Shown: in pieces, positions 20,117-29,691 of the stretch
Layout: every line of letters begins with the position of its first letter
Numbering within the stretch: position 1 is the stretch's first letter
Source of the DNA: Chloroflexota bacterium
GTDB taxonomy: Bacteria; Chloroflexota; Dehalococcoidia; Lucifugimonadales; UBA3495
DNA length: 55,312 bases
Reading direction: 5' to 3'
NCBI GenBank assembly: GCA_027623675.1
Contig: JAQBVF010000023.1
Span: 1-55,312, forward strand
Made by a program: the position numbers and the translations under genes
The notes under the pieces: generated by a model
The model's database searches: none
The model's input: the letters and a program-made list of their open reading frames with translations, nothing else
Told to the model about the DNA's origin: nothing

Positions 20117-20417
20117 AGGCTATGAAGGGGAGTAGTAGTCTTCCAGCGGAGCAAAGCGAGCCGGGTTTGGTGTGAGCCGGCGCTCAGAGCGGAAGAACGA
20201 ATGGACCCCGGAGCTGCAGGCCAATCTCAGGTGTTGGACCGGGGCTAGGCTGCGACGGTTGGGCGCCGTTACCGGTCCACGGCACGAGGGCAACAGTAGA
20301 CCAGGGCCCTCCCGCCGATCGAGAAGCCGGAAGAACCCCGTCTACAAATTGGGGTGGCAACGGCGAAATAGGGTGGCAACACGATTTGACTCGTCCCTTG
20401 TAGGGCGGGTCTTTTTT
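20117..20417 (+). promoter_or_regulatory. Trp-specific T-box riboswitch with intrinsic terminator
   Basis: Stem I start GGCTATGAAGGGG with AGTA bulge, AG box, GGTG distal loop and GAA-TGG-A specifier (TGG at 20202-20204). T-box AAATAGGGTGGCAACACG at 20366-20383. Terminator GACTCGTCCCT/AGGGCGGGTC followed by T6. Confidence 0.92.
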
Positions 20418-20558
20418 ATTGGAAATTTTCCTGCGATGCTTAAACGGATTGATCAAACGGGAGATACAGATGGGCGATTGGCGAAGCTGCAACTAGGCAA
20501 GCCTCACTAAGTCCGAATCGGTTCGGAAATCCGAGGTGTCCCCAAGAGGGATCTTAAA

Positions 20559-22040
20559 ATGACCAGGAGCAGCAAGATGTATCAATCCACTTACCAACCC
20601 ACCCTGGAACAGGTGAAAGGCATGACCGGCCGGGGCAACCTGGCGCCGGTCTACCGCTCGATCAACGCCGACCTGGAAACCCCGGTCTCCGCCTACCTGA
20701 AGGTCGCCCAGGGCCCATATTCATTCCTGCTGGAGAGCGTCGAAGGCGGCGAGCGAATCGGCCGTTACAGCTTCATCGGCACCGACCCCTACAAGGTGGT
20801 CAAGACCGGCGCCAAAGAGGACCTGGGCGAGATCGACCCCCTCCTGCCCGTCCAAGAAGAGATGGACAAGTACCAGTTAGTCCCGGTGGAAGGCCTGCCC
20901 GGCTTTCACGGCGGCGCGGTGGGCTACCTGGCCTACGACACCATCCGCTACTTCGAGCCGCGGGTGCCCGAGATGCCCGCCGACCCCGTTGGCGTGCCCG
21001 AGTCGGTCTTCATGTTCTGCGACACTTTGTTGTTATTCGACCATGTCCGCCACGACATCAAGGTGGTCAGCCACGTGCATCTGGACGGCGACATCGACGC
21101 CGCCTACGCGGAAGCCACGGCCAAGATCGACGAGATGGTCCACCGCTTGTCCCAGCCCCTGGATCTGCCGCCTGAGTTGCAGTCCAACGGCAGCGGCAAG
21201 CTGGTCTCGGGCAGCATCGAGTCCAATTTCACCCAGGACGAGTACGCCAAGATCATCAACAGATGCATCGAATACGTCTTCTCCGGCGACGTGATTCAGG
21301 TGGTCAACTCCCAGCGGTTCTCCCGGCGCACCGGCGCTCACCCATTCCAGATCTACCGGTCGCTGCGCAGCATCAACCCCTCGCCATACATGTACTACCT
21401 GGACCTGGATGGGTTCCAGATAGTGGGCGCGGCCATCGAGACGGTGGTGACGGTGCACGGCCGACGGGCCGCCACCCACCCCATCGCCGGCACCAGGCCA
21501 CGGGGCGCAACGTCCGGCGAGGACGACGCCAACGAGGCTGAACTCAAGGGCAGCGAGAAGCAGCGGGCCGAACACATCATGCTGGTCGACCTGGGACGGA
21601 ACGACATCGGCCGGGTCAGCCTGCCGGGCACGGTGACCGTCACCCAGCTGATGGAGGTGGAGAAGTTCTCCCACGTGATGCATCTGGTGTCCCACGTTGA
21701 GGGCGACCTCCGGCCTGATCTCACCGCCTACGACGCGCTGCGGTCGTGCTTCCCGGCCGGCACGGTGTCGGGCGCGCCCAAGATCAGGGCCATGGAGATC
21801 ATCGCCGAGGTCGAGGGCGAGAAGCGCGGCCCCTACGGCGGCGCAGTGGGTTACTTCAGCTACTCCGGCGACATGGACACCGCCCTGGTCCTCCGCACCG
21901 GCGTCTACAAGGACGGAGTCATGTACGTCCAAGCCGGCGGCGGGATAGTTGCCGACAGCGTGGGCGAGGATGAGTTCCAGGAGACCCGCCACAAAGCCGG
22001 CGCCCTCATGCGGGCCATAGACCTGGCCGAAGGCCAATAG
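20559..22040 (+). CDS. trpE: Anthranilate synthase component I
   Basis: FLLESVEGG, NPSPYM, PIAGTRPRG, EHIMLVDLGRND, PAGTVSGAPKIRAM. Start may be 20577. Confidence 0.96.
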   Translation: MTRSSKMYQSTYQPTLEQVKGMTGRGNLAPVYRSINADLETPVSAYLKVAQGPYSFLLESVEGGERIGRYSFIGTDPYKVVKTGAKEDLGEIDPLLPVQEEMDKYQLVPVEGLPGFHGGAVGYLAYDTIRYFEPRVPEMPADPVGVPESVFMFCDTLLLFDHVRHDIKVVSHVHLDGDIDAAYAEATAKIDEMVHRLSQPLDLPPELQSNGSGKLVSGSIESNFTQDEYAKIINRCIEYVFSGDVIQVVNSQRFSRRTGAHPFQIYRSLRSINPSPYMYYLDLDGFQIVGAAIETVVTVHGRRAATHPIAGTRPRGATSGEDDANEAELKGSEKQRAEHIMLVDLGRNDIGRVSLPGTVTVTQLMEVEKFSHVMHLVSHVEGDLRPDLTAYDALRSCFPAGTVSGAPKIRAMEIIAEVEGEKRGPYGGAVGYFSYSGDMDTALVLRTGVYKDGVMYVQAGGGIVADSVGEDEFQETRHKAGALMRAIDLAEGQ

Positions 22041-22137
22041 ATCCGGACTGGCCGAAGGCCAATAGATCCGGACTGGCCGAGGGCCAATAGATCCGGACTG
22101 GCCGAGGGCCAATAGATCCGGACTGGCCGAGGGCCAA
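22023..22137 (+). repeat. 25-bp tandem repeat, about 4.6 copies, starting inside the trpE 3' end
   Basis: Unit CTGGCCGA(A/G)GGCCAATAGATCCGGA at 22023, 22048, 22073 and 22098, partial at 22123. Confidence 0.97.
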
Positions 22138-22169
22138 CAGTAATCCCACAACTAACAGGAGATGACAAG

Positions 22170-22610
22170 ATGTTGAAATCGTTCTTTCACACAGGGTTCG
22201 TAGTCAAGGATATCGAGGCGTCCATCAAGTTCTATGCCGATGTGCTGGGCATGCGCATCGCCGGCCGCACCGAGCGAGAGGGCGAGTTTGTCGAGCAGGT
22301 GCTGGCCTTCCCCGGCGCGCACATCAAGGGCGGGTTCGTCGACATGGGCGAGGGCCATCAGCTTGAGCTGATTCAATACCTATCCCCCGCCAGCGGCGAG
22401 AACCACCTGCACCGGAACGACCTGGGTGCGTCTCACCTGGCATTTTTCGTCGACGACCTGGACAGGTTCTACGAGGAGACGTCACAGAAAGGCATCAGGT
22501 ACAACAATCCCCCTGCGTCCATGTTCGATGACGCCGGCAAGCTGTCGCGCAAGGCGGCCTACGCCCAGGACCCGGACGGCAATTGGCTGGAGTTCGTGGA
22601 GACCTTCTAA
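22170..22610 (+). CDS. VOC (glyoxalase/methylmalonyl-CoA epimerase-like) family protein
   Basis: HTGFVVKD...FY..VLG, LELIQY, HLAF.VDD, QDPDGNWLEFVE. Confidence 0.9.
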   Translation: MLKSFFHTGFVVKDIEASIKFYADVLGMRIAGRTEREGEFVEQVLAFPGAHIKGGFVDMGEGHQLELIQYLSPASGENHLHRNDLGASHLAFFVDDLDRFYEETSQKGIRYNNPPASMFDDAGKLSRKAAYAQDPDGNWLEFVETF

Positions 22611-22651
22611 CAGCAACCCAACGCTGCGAGAGTAACTACGAGGGAACCACC

Positions 22652-23236
22652 ATGCTTTTGATGATCGACAATTACGACAGCTTCACCTACAACCTGTACC
22701 AATACCTGTCCGAGCTGGGCGCGGAGGTTGAGGTGGCCCGGAACGATAAGATCTCCCTGGAGGAGATCAAGGACATGGCGCCGGAAGGCATCGTAATCTC
22801 ACCGGGGGCGTCCACCCCGCTGGAAGCCGGGATATCCAACGACGTTATCCGACACTTCGGCCCCAACACCCCGACCTTGGGCGTGTGCCTGGGCCATCAG
22901 TGCATCGGCTACGTCTACGGCGCCAAGGTGGACCGGGCCGGCGAGATACGCCACGGCAAGACCTCCATGGTCAAACACAACAACGCCGGGGTGCTGGCCG
23001 GCCTGCCGAACCCGTTCCAAGCCATCCGCTATCACTCGCTGGTGGTCTACCCGGAGACCGTCCCCGACACCTTGGAGATCACCGCCACCACCGGCGACGG
23101 CCTGATCATGGGACTCCGCCACAAGGAACACCCGGTGGAGGGCGTGCAGTTCCACCCCGAATCGATCCTAACCCCCGACGGCAAGCACCTGCTGCAAAAC
23201 TTCCTAAACCGAGTGGGCGCGGCGGCGGCGCTCTAG
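22652..23236 (+). CDS. trpG: Anthranilate synthase component II (glutamine amidotransferase)
   Basis: MIDNYDSFTYNL, GVCLGHQ, RYHSL, QFHPES. Confidence 0.95.
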   Translation: MLLMIDNYDSFTYNLYQYLSELGAEVEVARNDKISLEEIKDMAPEGIVISPGASTPLEAGISNDVIRHFGPNTPTLGVCLGHQCIGYVYGAKVDRAGEIRHGKTSMVKHNNAGVLAGLPNPFQAIRYHSLVVYPETVPDTLEITATTGDGLIMGLRHKEHPVEGVQFHPESILTPDGKHLLQNFLNRVGAAAAL

Positions 23237-23359
23237 ACCAGATGCTGGAGTTGGACTCCAACGGCGATCAGCAGGCGTTGTTTAACTCGCCGGCCGGGCA
23301 CATACTGGGCAACGATCAGTAAACCGGGCCAAACACACACGGATTCGGAGTTAGACCAC

Positions 23360-24376
23360 TTGGATATCAGGGAAGCGATCGACATAATCGTCTCGGGCAA
23401 TCATCTGCCCATGGACGACGCAGCAGCAGTGATGCGCCAGATAATGTCCGGCGAGGCCACCCAGGCGCAGCTCGGTTCGTTCCTGACCGCGCTTCGGCTC
23501 AAGGGTGAGACCACCGAGGAGATCGCCGGCATGGCTACCGTCATGCGCGAGTTCTCCCTGCGGGTCAACGTGGACGGCATGCTGGTCGACTCCGTGGGCA
23601 CCGGCGGCGACGGCCTGAACACCTTCAACATCTCCACCGCCGCGGCCTTCGTGGCGGCCGGCGCCGGCCTAAAGGTCGCCAAGCACGGCAACCGAGCCGC
23701 ATCCGGTACCTGCGGCAGCGCCGACGTGCTGGAAGAGTTGGGAGTGCAGATCGAACTCCCCCCAGAGGGCGTGGAGCGATGCATCCGGGAGAGCGGCATC
23801 GGCTTCATGTTCGCCCAGGCCTTCCACCCCTCCATGCGCCACGCCGGTCCGGTCCGGCGGGAGATCGGCATCCGCACCGTATTCAACATCCTGGGGCCGC
23901 TCACCAACCCGGCGGGCGCCCAGTCCATGCTGGTGGGTGTGGCCTTCCCTGAGCTTGGCGCCAAGATGGCCGAGGTGCTGCGTCTGCTGGACACCCACCA
24001 TTCAATCATCGTTCATGGTGACGGCGGTTTGGACGAGATGACCCTGTCGGGCGACACAGCGGTCTGGGAAGTTAACCAAGGCCAGATGAGCAGTTGGAGT
24101 CTGTCGGTGGCCGACACCGGACTCCCCGTGACGCCCATCGAAGCGGTCAGGGGCGGCAACAGAGCGGCCAATGCCTTGACCATGCGGGCGCTGCTGGACG
24201 GTGAGGGCGGCCCGGTCCGCGACTACGTGCTGCTCAACAGCGCTGGAGTGCTGCTGGTGGGCGGCCTGGTCTCCAACATCCGCGACGGCGTGCAACTCGC
24301 CGCCCAGACCATCGACAGCGGCGCGGCCAAAGCCTGCATGGAGTCCATGATCGAGGTCAGCCATGAGGGCGGCTGA
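23360..24376 (+). CDS. trpD: Anthranilate phosphoribosyltransferase
   Basis: GTGGDG.NTFNIST, AKHGNRAAS, GSADVLE, RTVFNILGPLTNP, GLDE. Confidence 0.97.
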   Translation: MDIREAIDIIVSGNHLPMDDAAAVMRQIMSGEATQAQLGSFLTALRLKGETTEEIAGMATVMREFSLRVNVDGMLVDSVGTGGDGLNTFNISTAAAFVAAGAGLKVAKHGNRAASGTCGSADVLEELGVQIELPPEGVERCIRESGIGFMFAQAFHPSMRHAGPVRREIGIRTVFNILGPLTNPAGAQSMLVGVAFPELGAKMAEVLRLLDTHHSIIVHGDGGLDEMTLSGDTAVWEVNQGQMSSWSLSVADTGLPVTPIEAVRGGNRAANALTMRALLDGEGGPVRDYVLLNSAGVLLVGGLVSNIRDGVQLAAQTIDSGAAKACMESMIEVSHEGG

Positions 24377-24418
24377 AGCCACCAAACACCAATGATCTAT
24401 AATGCTGACCTGAGTTTC

Positions 24419-24625
24419 ATGAAGATTAAATACAGCCGGAAAGTCGACATCTTGACGATTCAAGTCTCAGAAAATCCAGCGGACCATGCCGAAGAATCGG
24501 ACGGCGTCATAACCCATCTCAGCGTCACCGGGCAGCCGGTAATGCTAGAGATGCAGGGTAGGCGAGATTTTCTTCTAGGCTCAATCACCAGCATGGTCAA
24601 AGAAGAAGAAGTTAGGTTGCCTTAG
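24419..24625 (+). CDS. DUF2283-like small protein
   Basis: MKIKYSRKVDILTI...HAEES.GVI.H....G.PV.LE pattern. Confidence 0.7.
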   Translation: MKIKYSRKVDILTIQVSENPADHAEESDGVITHLSVTGQPVMLEMQGRRDFLLGSITSMVKEEEVRLP

Positions 24626-24628
24626 AGA

Positions 24629-25429
24629 ATGCCAAGCATCCTAGATGAGATAGTTGCCGCCAAGCGTATTGAGCTGGCGGAGAGCAAGACCCAGGTGTCT
24701 TTGGCCGACCTGGAGTCCGCGGCGGCCAGCCAGCCCCGGCCCCTCAACCTGTCGGGCGCTTTGCTGGGCGGTGGCGTGCGGCTGATCGCCGAAGTGAAAA
24801 AGGCCTCGCCTTCACGCGGTCTGCTCTTGCCCAACTTCGACCATTTGAAGCTGGCCGAGACCTACGCTGGCAACGGGGCGGCCGCCATATCGTGCCTGAC
24901 CGACTCCCACTTCCAGGGTGAGTTGGCCTTCCTGAAACAGATCAAGGAGTCCGGGGCCTCCCGGCGGGCGCCGGTGATGCGCAAGGACTTCATCTTCGAC
25001 CCCTACCAGGTGATCGAGACCAGGGCCGCCGGGGCCGACGCCATGCTGCTGATCGTGGCCATCCTGGAGGCAACCCAATTGAAGGAACTGCTAGACGCCG
25101 CGCAAGCACACTGGATGCAGTGCCTGGTGGAGGTCCACGACGAGTCCGAGCTTGAAACCGCGGTGGACGCCGGCGCGGAGATCATCGGCATCAACAACCG
25201 CGACCTGCACACGTTTACAACCGACCTGGCGGTGACTGAGCGGCTGGCCCCCCTGGTTCCTAGAGGCAAGCAGATCGTCAGCGAGAGCGGCATCTTCACC
25301 CGTGATCACCTGCGCCAGATGAACAAAGCTCGGGTCAACGCCGTGCTGGTGGGCGAGGCTTTGGTCACGGCACCAGACATCGGCGAAAAGGTCAGGGAGT
25401 TAACCGGCCAGAAAGCGCCGGCGGCATGA
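24629..25429 (+). CDS. trpC: Indole-3-glycerol phosphate synthase
   Basis: IAEVKKASPSRG, RKDFI, LVEVH, GINNRDL, SESGI, LVGEAL. Confidence 0.97.
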   Translation: MPSILDEIVAAKRIELAESKTQVSLADLESAAASQPRPLNLSGALLGGGVRLIAEVKKASPSRGLLLPNFDHLKLAETYAGNGAAAISCLTDSHFQGELAFLKQIKESGASRRAPVMRKDFIFDPYQVIETRAAGADAMLLIVAILEATQLKELLDAAQAHWMQCLVEVHDESELETAVDAGAEIIGINNRDLHTFTTDLAVTERLAPLVPRGKQIVSESGIFTRDHLRQMNKARVNAVLVGEALVTAPDIGEKVRELTGQKAPAA

Positions 25430-26115
25430 GCATGGCCTCCCAGGACTCGGGCATCAAGGTCAAGATCTGCGGCATCCGCACGCTGGAAGACGCCATGGTT
25501 GCCGTCGAAGCCGGGGCCGATCTCTTCGGCATCGTCTTTGTGCCGGGACGCCACCGGCGCATCACCGCCGACGCCGCCAAGGAGATCGTCGATGAGGTTA
25601 GGCAGGTTGATGGGCGTCTGCCGAAAATAGTCGGCCTTTTCGCCGACCAGTTGTTGGACGAGGTCAATGCCATCGTCGAGTACGTGGGACTGGACGTGGC
25701 CCAACTCTGCGGGAAAGAGGACGTTGAATACGCCGGACAGGTAAGCTGCGACGTGATCAAAGTCGTGCACGTTGCCGAGTCGGCCACCGCCGCGGATGAC
25801 GCAGGCACCGGCGACCGGGTACGGGATTTCAGCGGGGTCGGCCACCTGGTGACGCTGGACCGCTACGTGGCAGGCATCCAAGGCGGCACCGGAAAGGGTT
25901 TTGATTGGGGCGTGGCGGCATCGCTGTCCCAAGCCGGGCTGCCGTTCCTGCTGGCCGGCGGACTCACCCCAGAGAACGTGGCCGAAGCCATCGCCGCCGT
26001 TAAGCCGTGGGGCGTGGATGTGTCCAGCGGAGTGGAGACCGACGGCGTCAAAGACCACCAGAAGATACGCGAATTCGTGTACAACGCCCGAGCGGCGGCA
26101 GCTAAGACGGTTTAG
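25426..26115 (+). CDS. trpF: Phosphoribosylanthranilate isomerase
   Basis: [35 protein letters not shown]. Confidence 0.96.
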   Translation: MSMASQDSGIKVKICGIRTLEDAMVAVEAGADLFGIVFVPGRHRRITADAAKEIVDEVRQVDGRLPKIVGLFADQLLDEVNAIVEYVGLDVAQLCGKEDVEYAGQVSCDVIKVVHVAESATAADDAGTGDRVRDFSGVGHLVTLDRYVAGIQGGTGKGFDWGVAASLSQAGLPFLLAGGLTPENVAEAIAAVKPWGVDVSSGVETDGVKDHQKIREFVYNARAAAAKTV

Positions 26116-26135
26116 CAAAGCGAGAGGAACACCGA

Positions 26136-27347
26136 ATGGCAGATGTAAACGCGGCTAGCCGCTTCCCAGACGACCGGGGCAGGTTTGGCGACTTTGGCGG
26201 CAAGTTCATCCCGGAGACGCTGATGGCGGCCGTGGACGAGCTGGAGCAGGCCTACCTGAGCGCCAAAGAAGACGACGGCTTCCAGACTCGTCTGGCCCAT
26301 CTGCTGCATACCTATGCCGGCCGGCCCACCGCCCTCTATTTCGCCGAGAATCTGACCCGTCATTGCGGCGGCGCCAAGATCTACCTGAAACGCGAGGACC
26401 TGGCCCACACCGGCGCCCACAAGATCAACAACGCCCTGGGGCAGGCGCTTCTGGCGCAACGCATGGGCAAGAAACGGATCATCGCCGAGACCGGCGCGGG
26501 GCAGCACGGCGTCGCATCCGCCACCGCCTGCGCCATGTTGGGCCTGGAATGCATCGTCTACATGGGCAGCGAGGACATCAAACGCCAATCGCTCAACGTC
26601 TTTCGCATGAGGCTTCTGGAGGCCGAGGTCGTGCCCGTCGAGTCGGGAACCCGCACCCTGAAAGACGCCATCAACGAGGCCATCCGCGACTGGGTGACCA
26701 ACGTGGAGACCACCCACTACCTGATCGGCAGCGTCGTCGGCCCGCACCCCTACCCCGTCATGGTGCGCGACTTCCAGACGGTTATCGGCCGGGAGGCCCG
26801 GGCCCAACTACTGGAAGCAGAGGGCCGCCTGCCCGACTACGTGCTGGCCTGCGTCGGCGGCGGCAGCAACTCCATCGGCATGTTCCACCCCTTCGTGCCC
26901 GACGAGGACGTGCAACTGTTGGGCCTTGAGGCAGGCGGTGAGGGCGTCGCCACTGGCCGGCATTCGGCAACCCTCAGCGCCGGACGCCCCGGCGTGCTCC
27001 ACGGCGCCATGACCTATCTGCTCCAGGACGAACACGGGCAGGTGCAGGAGACCCACAGCATCTCGGCGGGGCTGGACTACCCCGGCGTCGGCCCCGAGCA
27101 CAGCCACCTGAAGGACTCCGGTCGGGCCGAGTACCGGGAAGTTAACGACAAGCAGGCCCTGGAGGCCTTCCACCTTTTGTGCCGCACCGAAGGCATCATC
27201 CCGGCCCTTGAATCCTCCCACGCCGTTTCCGCTGCTGTCGAACTGGCCTCGAAACTGCCGCCAGACCGGATAGTGCTGGTTTGCCTCAGCGGCCGGGGCG
27301 ACAAGGACATCGGTATCGTCGCCGAGGCATCGGGGTTGGAGATCTAG
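26136..27347 (+). CDS. trpB: Tryptophan synthase beta chain (TrpB1)
   Basis: [56 protein letters not shown]. Confidence 0.98.
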   Translation: MADVNAASRFPDDRGRFGDFGGKFIPETLMAAVDELEQAYLSAKEDDGFQTRLAHLLHTYAGRPTALYFAENLTRHCGGAKIYLKREDLAHTGAHKINNALGQALLAQRMGKKRIIAETGAGQHGVASATACAMLGLECIVYMGSEDIKRQSLNVFRMRLLEAEVVPVESGTRTLKDAINEAIRDWVTNVETTHYLIGSVVGPHPYPVMVRDFQTVIGREARAQLLEAEGRLPDYVLACVGGGSNSIGMFHPFVPDEDVQLLGLEAGGEGVATGRHSATLSAGRPGVLHGAMTYLLQDEHGQVQETHSISAGLDYPGVGPEHSHLKDSGRAEYREVNDKQALEAFHLLCRTEGIIPALESSHAVSAAVELASKLPPDRIVLVCLSGRGDKDIGIVAEASGLEI

Positions 27348-27407
27348 CCCCGCGTGACAGATGGCACGCCACACTCATCCGCTGCCTCAACTAGACATGA
27401 TGCGGCG

Positions 27408-27416
27408 TGCTATAAT
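27408..27416 (+). promoter_or_regulatory. Extended -10 promoter upstream of the SDR gene
   Basis: TGCTATAAT. Confidence 0.5.
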
Positions 27417-27502
27417 GTGCCCCGATTCGCCGGAGCGACGCCGTGCCTGCCTCTGGCTCACTTTCAGTTCGATTTCGCGTCTAGAGATTAGGAGAAACTA
27501 CT

Positions 27503-28300
27503 ATGGATATGGGCCTAGAAGGCAAGGTAGCAATCATCACCGGCGGCAGTGACGGCATCGGAAAAGCAGCCGCCCTGAGCATGGCCAAAGAAGGGGCAAA
27601 CGTAATCATTGTGGCCCGACGGCCCGACGTGCTCGACCAAGCGGCCCAAGAGATCAAGACCGCCACGGAAGGCTCGGTCGTCCCTCTGGCTTTGGACATC
27701 ACTACGGACGGAGCGGCCCAGACCATGGTGAAGACCGCCCTAGACAATTTTGGCCGCTTGGACATCATCGTCAACAACGCCGGTTCGTCCATGGCCAAGC
27801 CCTTCGAGAACGTCAGCCATGAGGACTGGCAGTCGGATTTCGAACTGAAGGTCTGGGCCGCCGTCCGGCTGATGCAGGAGTCCATCGGCGAGATGCGCAA
27901 GGTCGGCGGCGGGCGGATCATCAACATCACCAACCTGGGCGGCCGCACCCCCGGTCCGTCGTCCATGCCCACCTCCATCTCCCGCGCGGCCGGCATCGCC
28001 ATCACCAAGGGCCTGTCCAAAGACTTGGCCAAAGAAAATATCCTGGTGACCACCGTCTGCATCGGGTTGGTCAAGAGCGGCCAGCACCAGCGCCGCTATG
28101 ACGCCCGCATCGAGAAGGAACCCAACCTGACCCTGGACGCCTTCTACTCCGAACTGGCCCAGGGCCGTTCGGTGCCCATCGGTCGGGTCGCCGAGCCGGA
28201 AGAAGCCGGCGACGTAATCACCTTCCTGGCGTCCGCGCGGGCCAGCTACCTGACCGGCATCGCGGTGAACCTGGACGGCGGCGCTTCGGCGGTCGTTTAA
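27503..28300 (+). CDS. Short-chain dehydrogenase/reductase (SDR)
   Basis: TGGSDGIG, VNNAG, VNLDGG. The YxxxK position reads TSISR, which is atypical. Confidence 0.92.
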   Translation: MDMGLEGKVAIITGGSDGIGKAAALSMAKEGANVIIVARRPDVLDQAAQEIKTATEGSVVPLALDITTDGAAQTMVKTALDNFGRLDIIVNNAGSSMAKPFENVSHEDWQSDFELKVWAAVRLMQESIGEMRKVGGGRIINITNLGGRTPGPSSMPTSISRAAGIAITKGLSKDLAKENILVTTVCIGLVKSGQHQRRYDARIEKEPNLTLDAFYSELAQGRSVPIGRVAEPEEAGDVITFLASARASYLTGIAVNLDGGASAVV

Positions 28301-28404
28301 CCCCTGCCCTAACCGGGAAGCCGGCTGTCCGTGATACACTCGCGCCTTGCGCCGACCCAGCCCGGTATACCAACGACAAAGTCCGAAAGGACCGGAGGCC
28401 AGAT

Positions 28405-29598
28405 TTGACTAGCTCCTACATGAATGAGATGCAGACGCCCCAAAAGGTGCTGCTGGGACCCGGCCCAAGTTCCGTCCACCCCAGGGTGCTGCAGGCGATG
28501 TCCATGCCCGTGATGGGCCACCTAGACCCGGCGTTCTTCCAGGTTATGGACGACGTTTGCGAGATGCTGCGTCTGGTCTTTCACACCAGCAACAAGATGA
28601 CCGTGCCCATCTCATCCACCGGCACCGGCGCCATGGAAACGGCCTGCACCAACATCATTGAGCCGGGCGACACCGTCCTCATCTGCCGCAACGGCTACTT
28701 CGGCATCCGCCTGGGCGACATCGCCGAGCGCTGCGGGGCCACCGTGCACCTGATGGACACTCCCTGGGGCCACCCCGTCGACCCTCAGATGCTGCGGGAC
28801 GAGATCAAGAAGCTGCCGGCCCTCAAGGCGGTGGGCGTGGTCCATGCTGAAACATCCACCGGGGTGCTCAGCTCCGTGAAGGAACTGGTTGAAGTGATCC
28901 ATGAGGCTGGCGCGCTGGCCATCGTCGACGCCGTGACCTCCCTGGGCGGCCATGAGGTTAGGATGGACGACTGGGGGTTGGACGTCTGCTACAGCGCCAC
29001 CCAGAAATGCCTGGGCGCCCCTCCCGGTCTGGCCCCCATCAGCCTCAGCGACGCAGCCATGGACGTGGTAGCCAAGCGAAAGAGCAAGGTCCAGAGTTTC
29101 TACTTCAACCTGAAAGACCTGGAGTCCTACTGGAACCAGACCAGGGCCTACCACCACACCTCGCCCATCAACATGACCTACGCCCTGCGTGAGGCGCTGC
29201 GCATGATGATGGAGGAGGGCATCGACAAGCGGATCGAGCGGCACGCCAGGGTTGCCGCCGGCCTTCGCGCCGGCGTGGAAGCGCTGGGCATGGACCTGTT
29301 GGCCGAGGAAGGCGCCCGCCTGAACCCGCTGACCACGGTGTCCATACCCGAGGGCATCGAAGACGGCAAGGTGCGCCGCGCTCTGCTCAACGACTACGAC
29401 ATCGAGATCGGCGGCGGCCTGGGCGAGTTCGCCGGGAAGGCCTGGCGCATCGGCCTGATGGGCGAGTCGGCCCGCGAGCGGAACGTCTTCGCCCTGCTCT
29501 CAGCCCTGGAGACCCTCCTCAACAAAGAAGGCTACGAGGTGGCCTACGGCGCCAGCCTATCCGCCGCCCAAAAAGCCATAGCCACCTACGGCGAGTAG
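28405..29598 (+). CDS. Alanine/serine-glyoxylate aminotransferase (class V PLP)
   Basis: LLGPGPS, HAETSTG, VDAVTSLGG, SATQKCLGAPPG, YHHT, WRIGLMG. Confidence 0.93.
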   Translation: MTSSYMNEMQTPQKVLLGPGPSSVHPRVLQAMSMPVMGHLDPAFFQVMDDVCEMLRLVFHTSNKMTVPISSTGTGAMETACTNIIEPGDTVLICRNGYFGIRLGDIAERCGATVHLMDTPWGHPVDPQMLRDEIKKLPALKAVGVVHAETSTGVLSSVKELVEVIHEAGALAIVDAVTSLGGHEVRMDDWGLDVCYSATQKCLGAPPGLAPISLSDAAMDVVAKRKSKVQSFYFNLKDLESYWNQTRAYHHTSPINMTYALREALRMMMEEGIDKRIERHARVAAGLRAGVEALGMDLLAEEGARLNPLTTVSIPEGIEDGKVRRALLNDYDIEIGGGLGEFAGKAWRIGLMGESARERNVFALLSALETLLNKEGYEVAYGASLSAAQKAIATYGE

Positions 29599-29623
29599 GC
29601 CCAAACATACATCAGAAGGGATG

Positions 29624-29657
29624 AAAAAGAGAGGCGGGGAAATCCGCCTCTCTTTTT
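29624..29657. terminator. Bidirectional intrinsic terminator between convergent AGT and glcF
   Basis: AAAAAGAGAGGCGG-GGAAAT-CCGCCTCTCTTTTT. Confidence 0.88.
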
Positions 29658-29691
29658 GTCGTTCTCAAAGTGACCTGCTACCTGGTCGGAA

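Noticed and set aside
22023..22137. Possible CRISPR array
   Set aside because: Units are contiguous with no unique spacers, derive from the trpE 3' end, and no cas operon is present.
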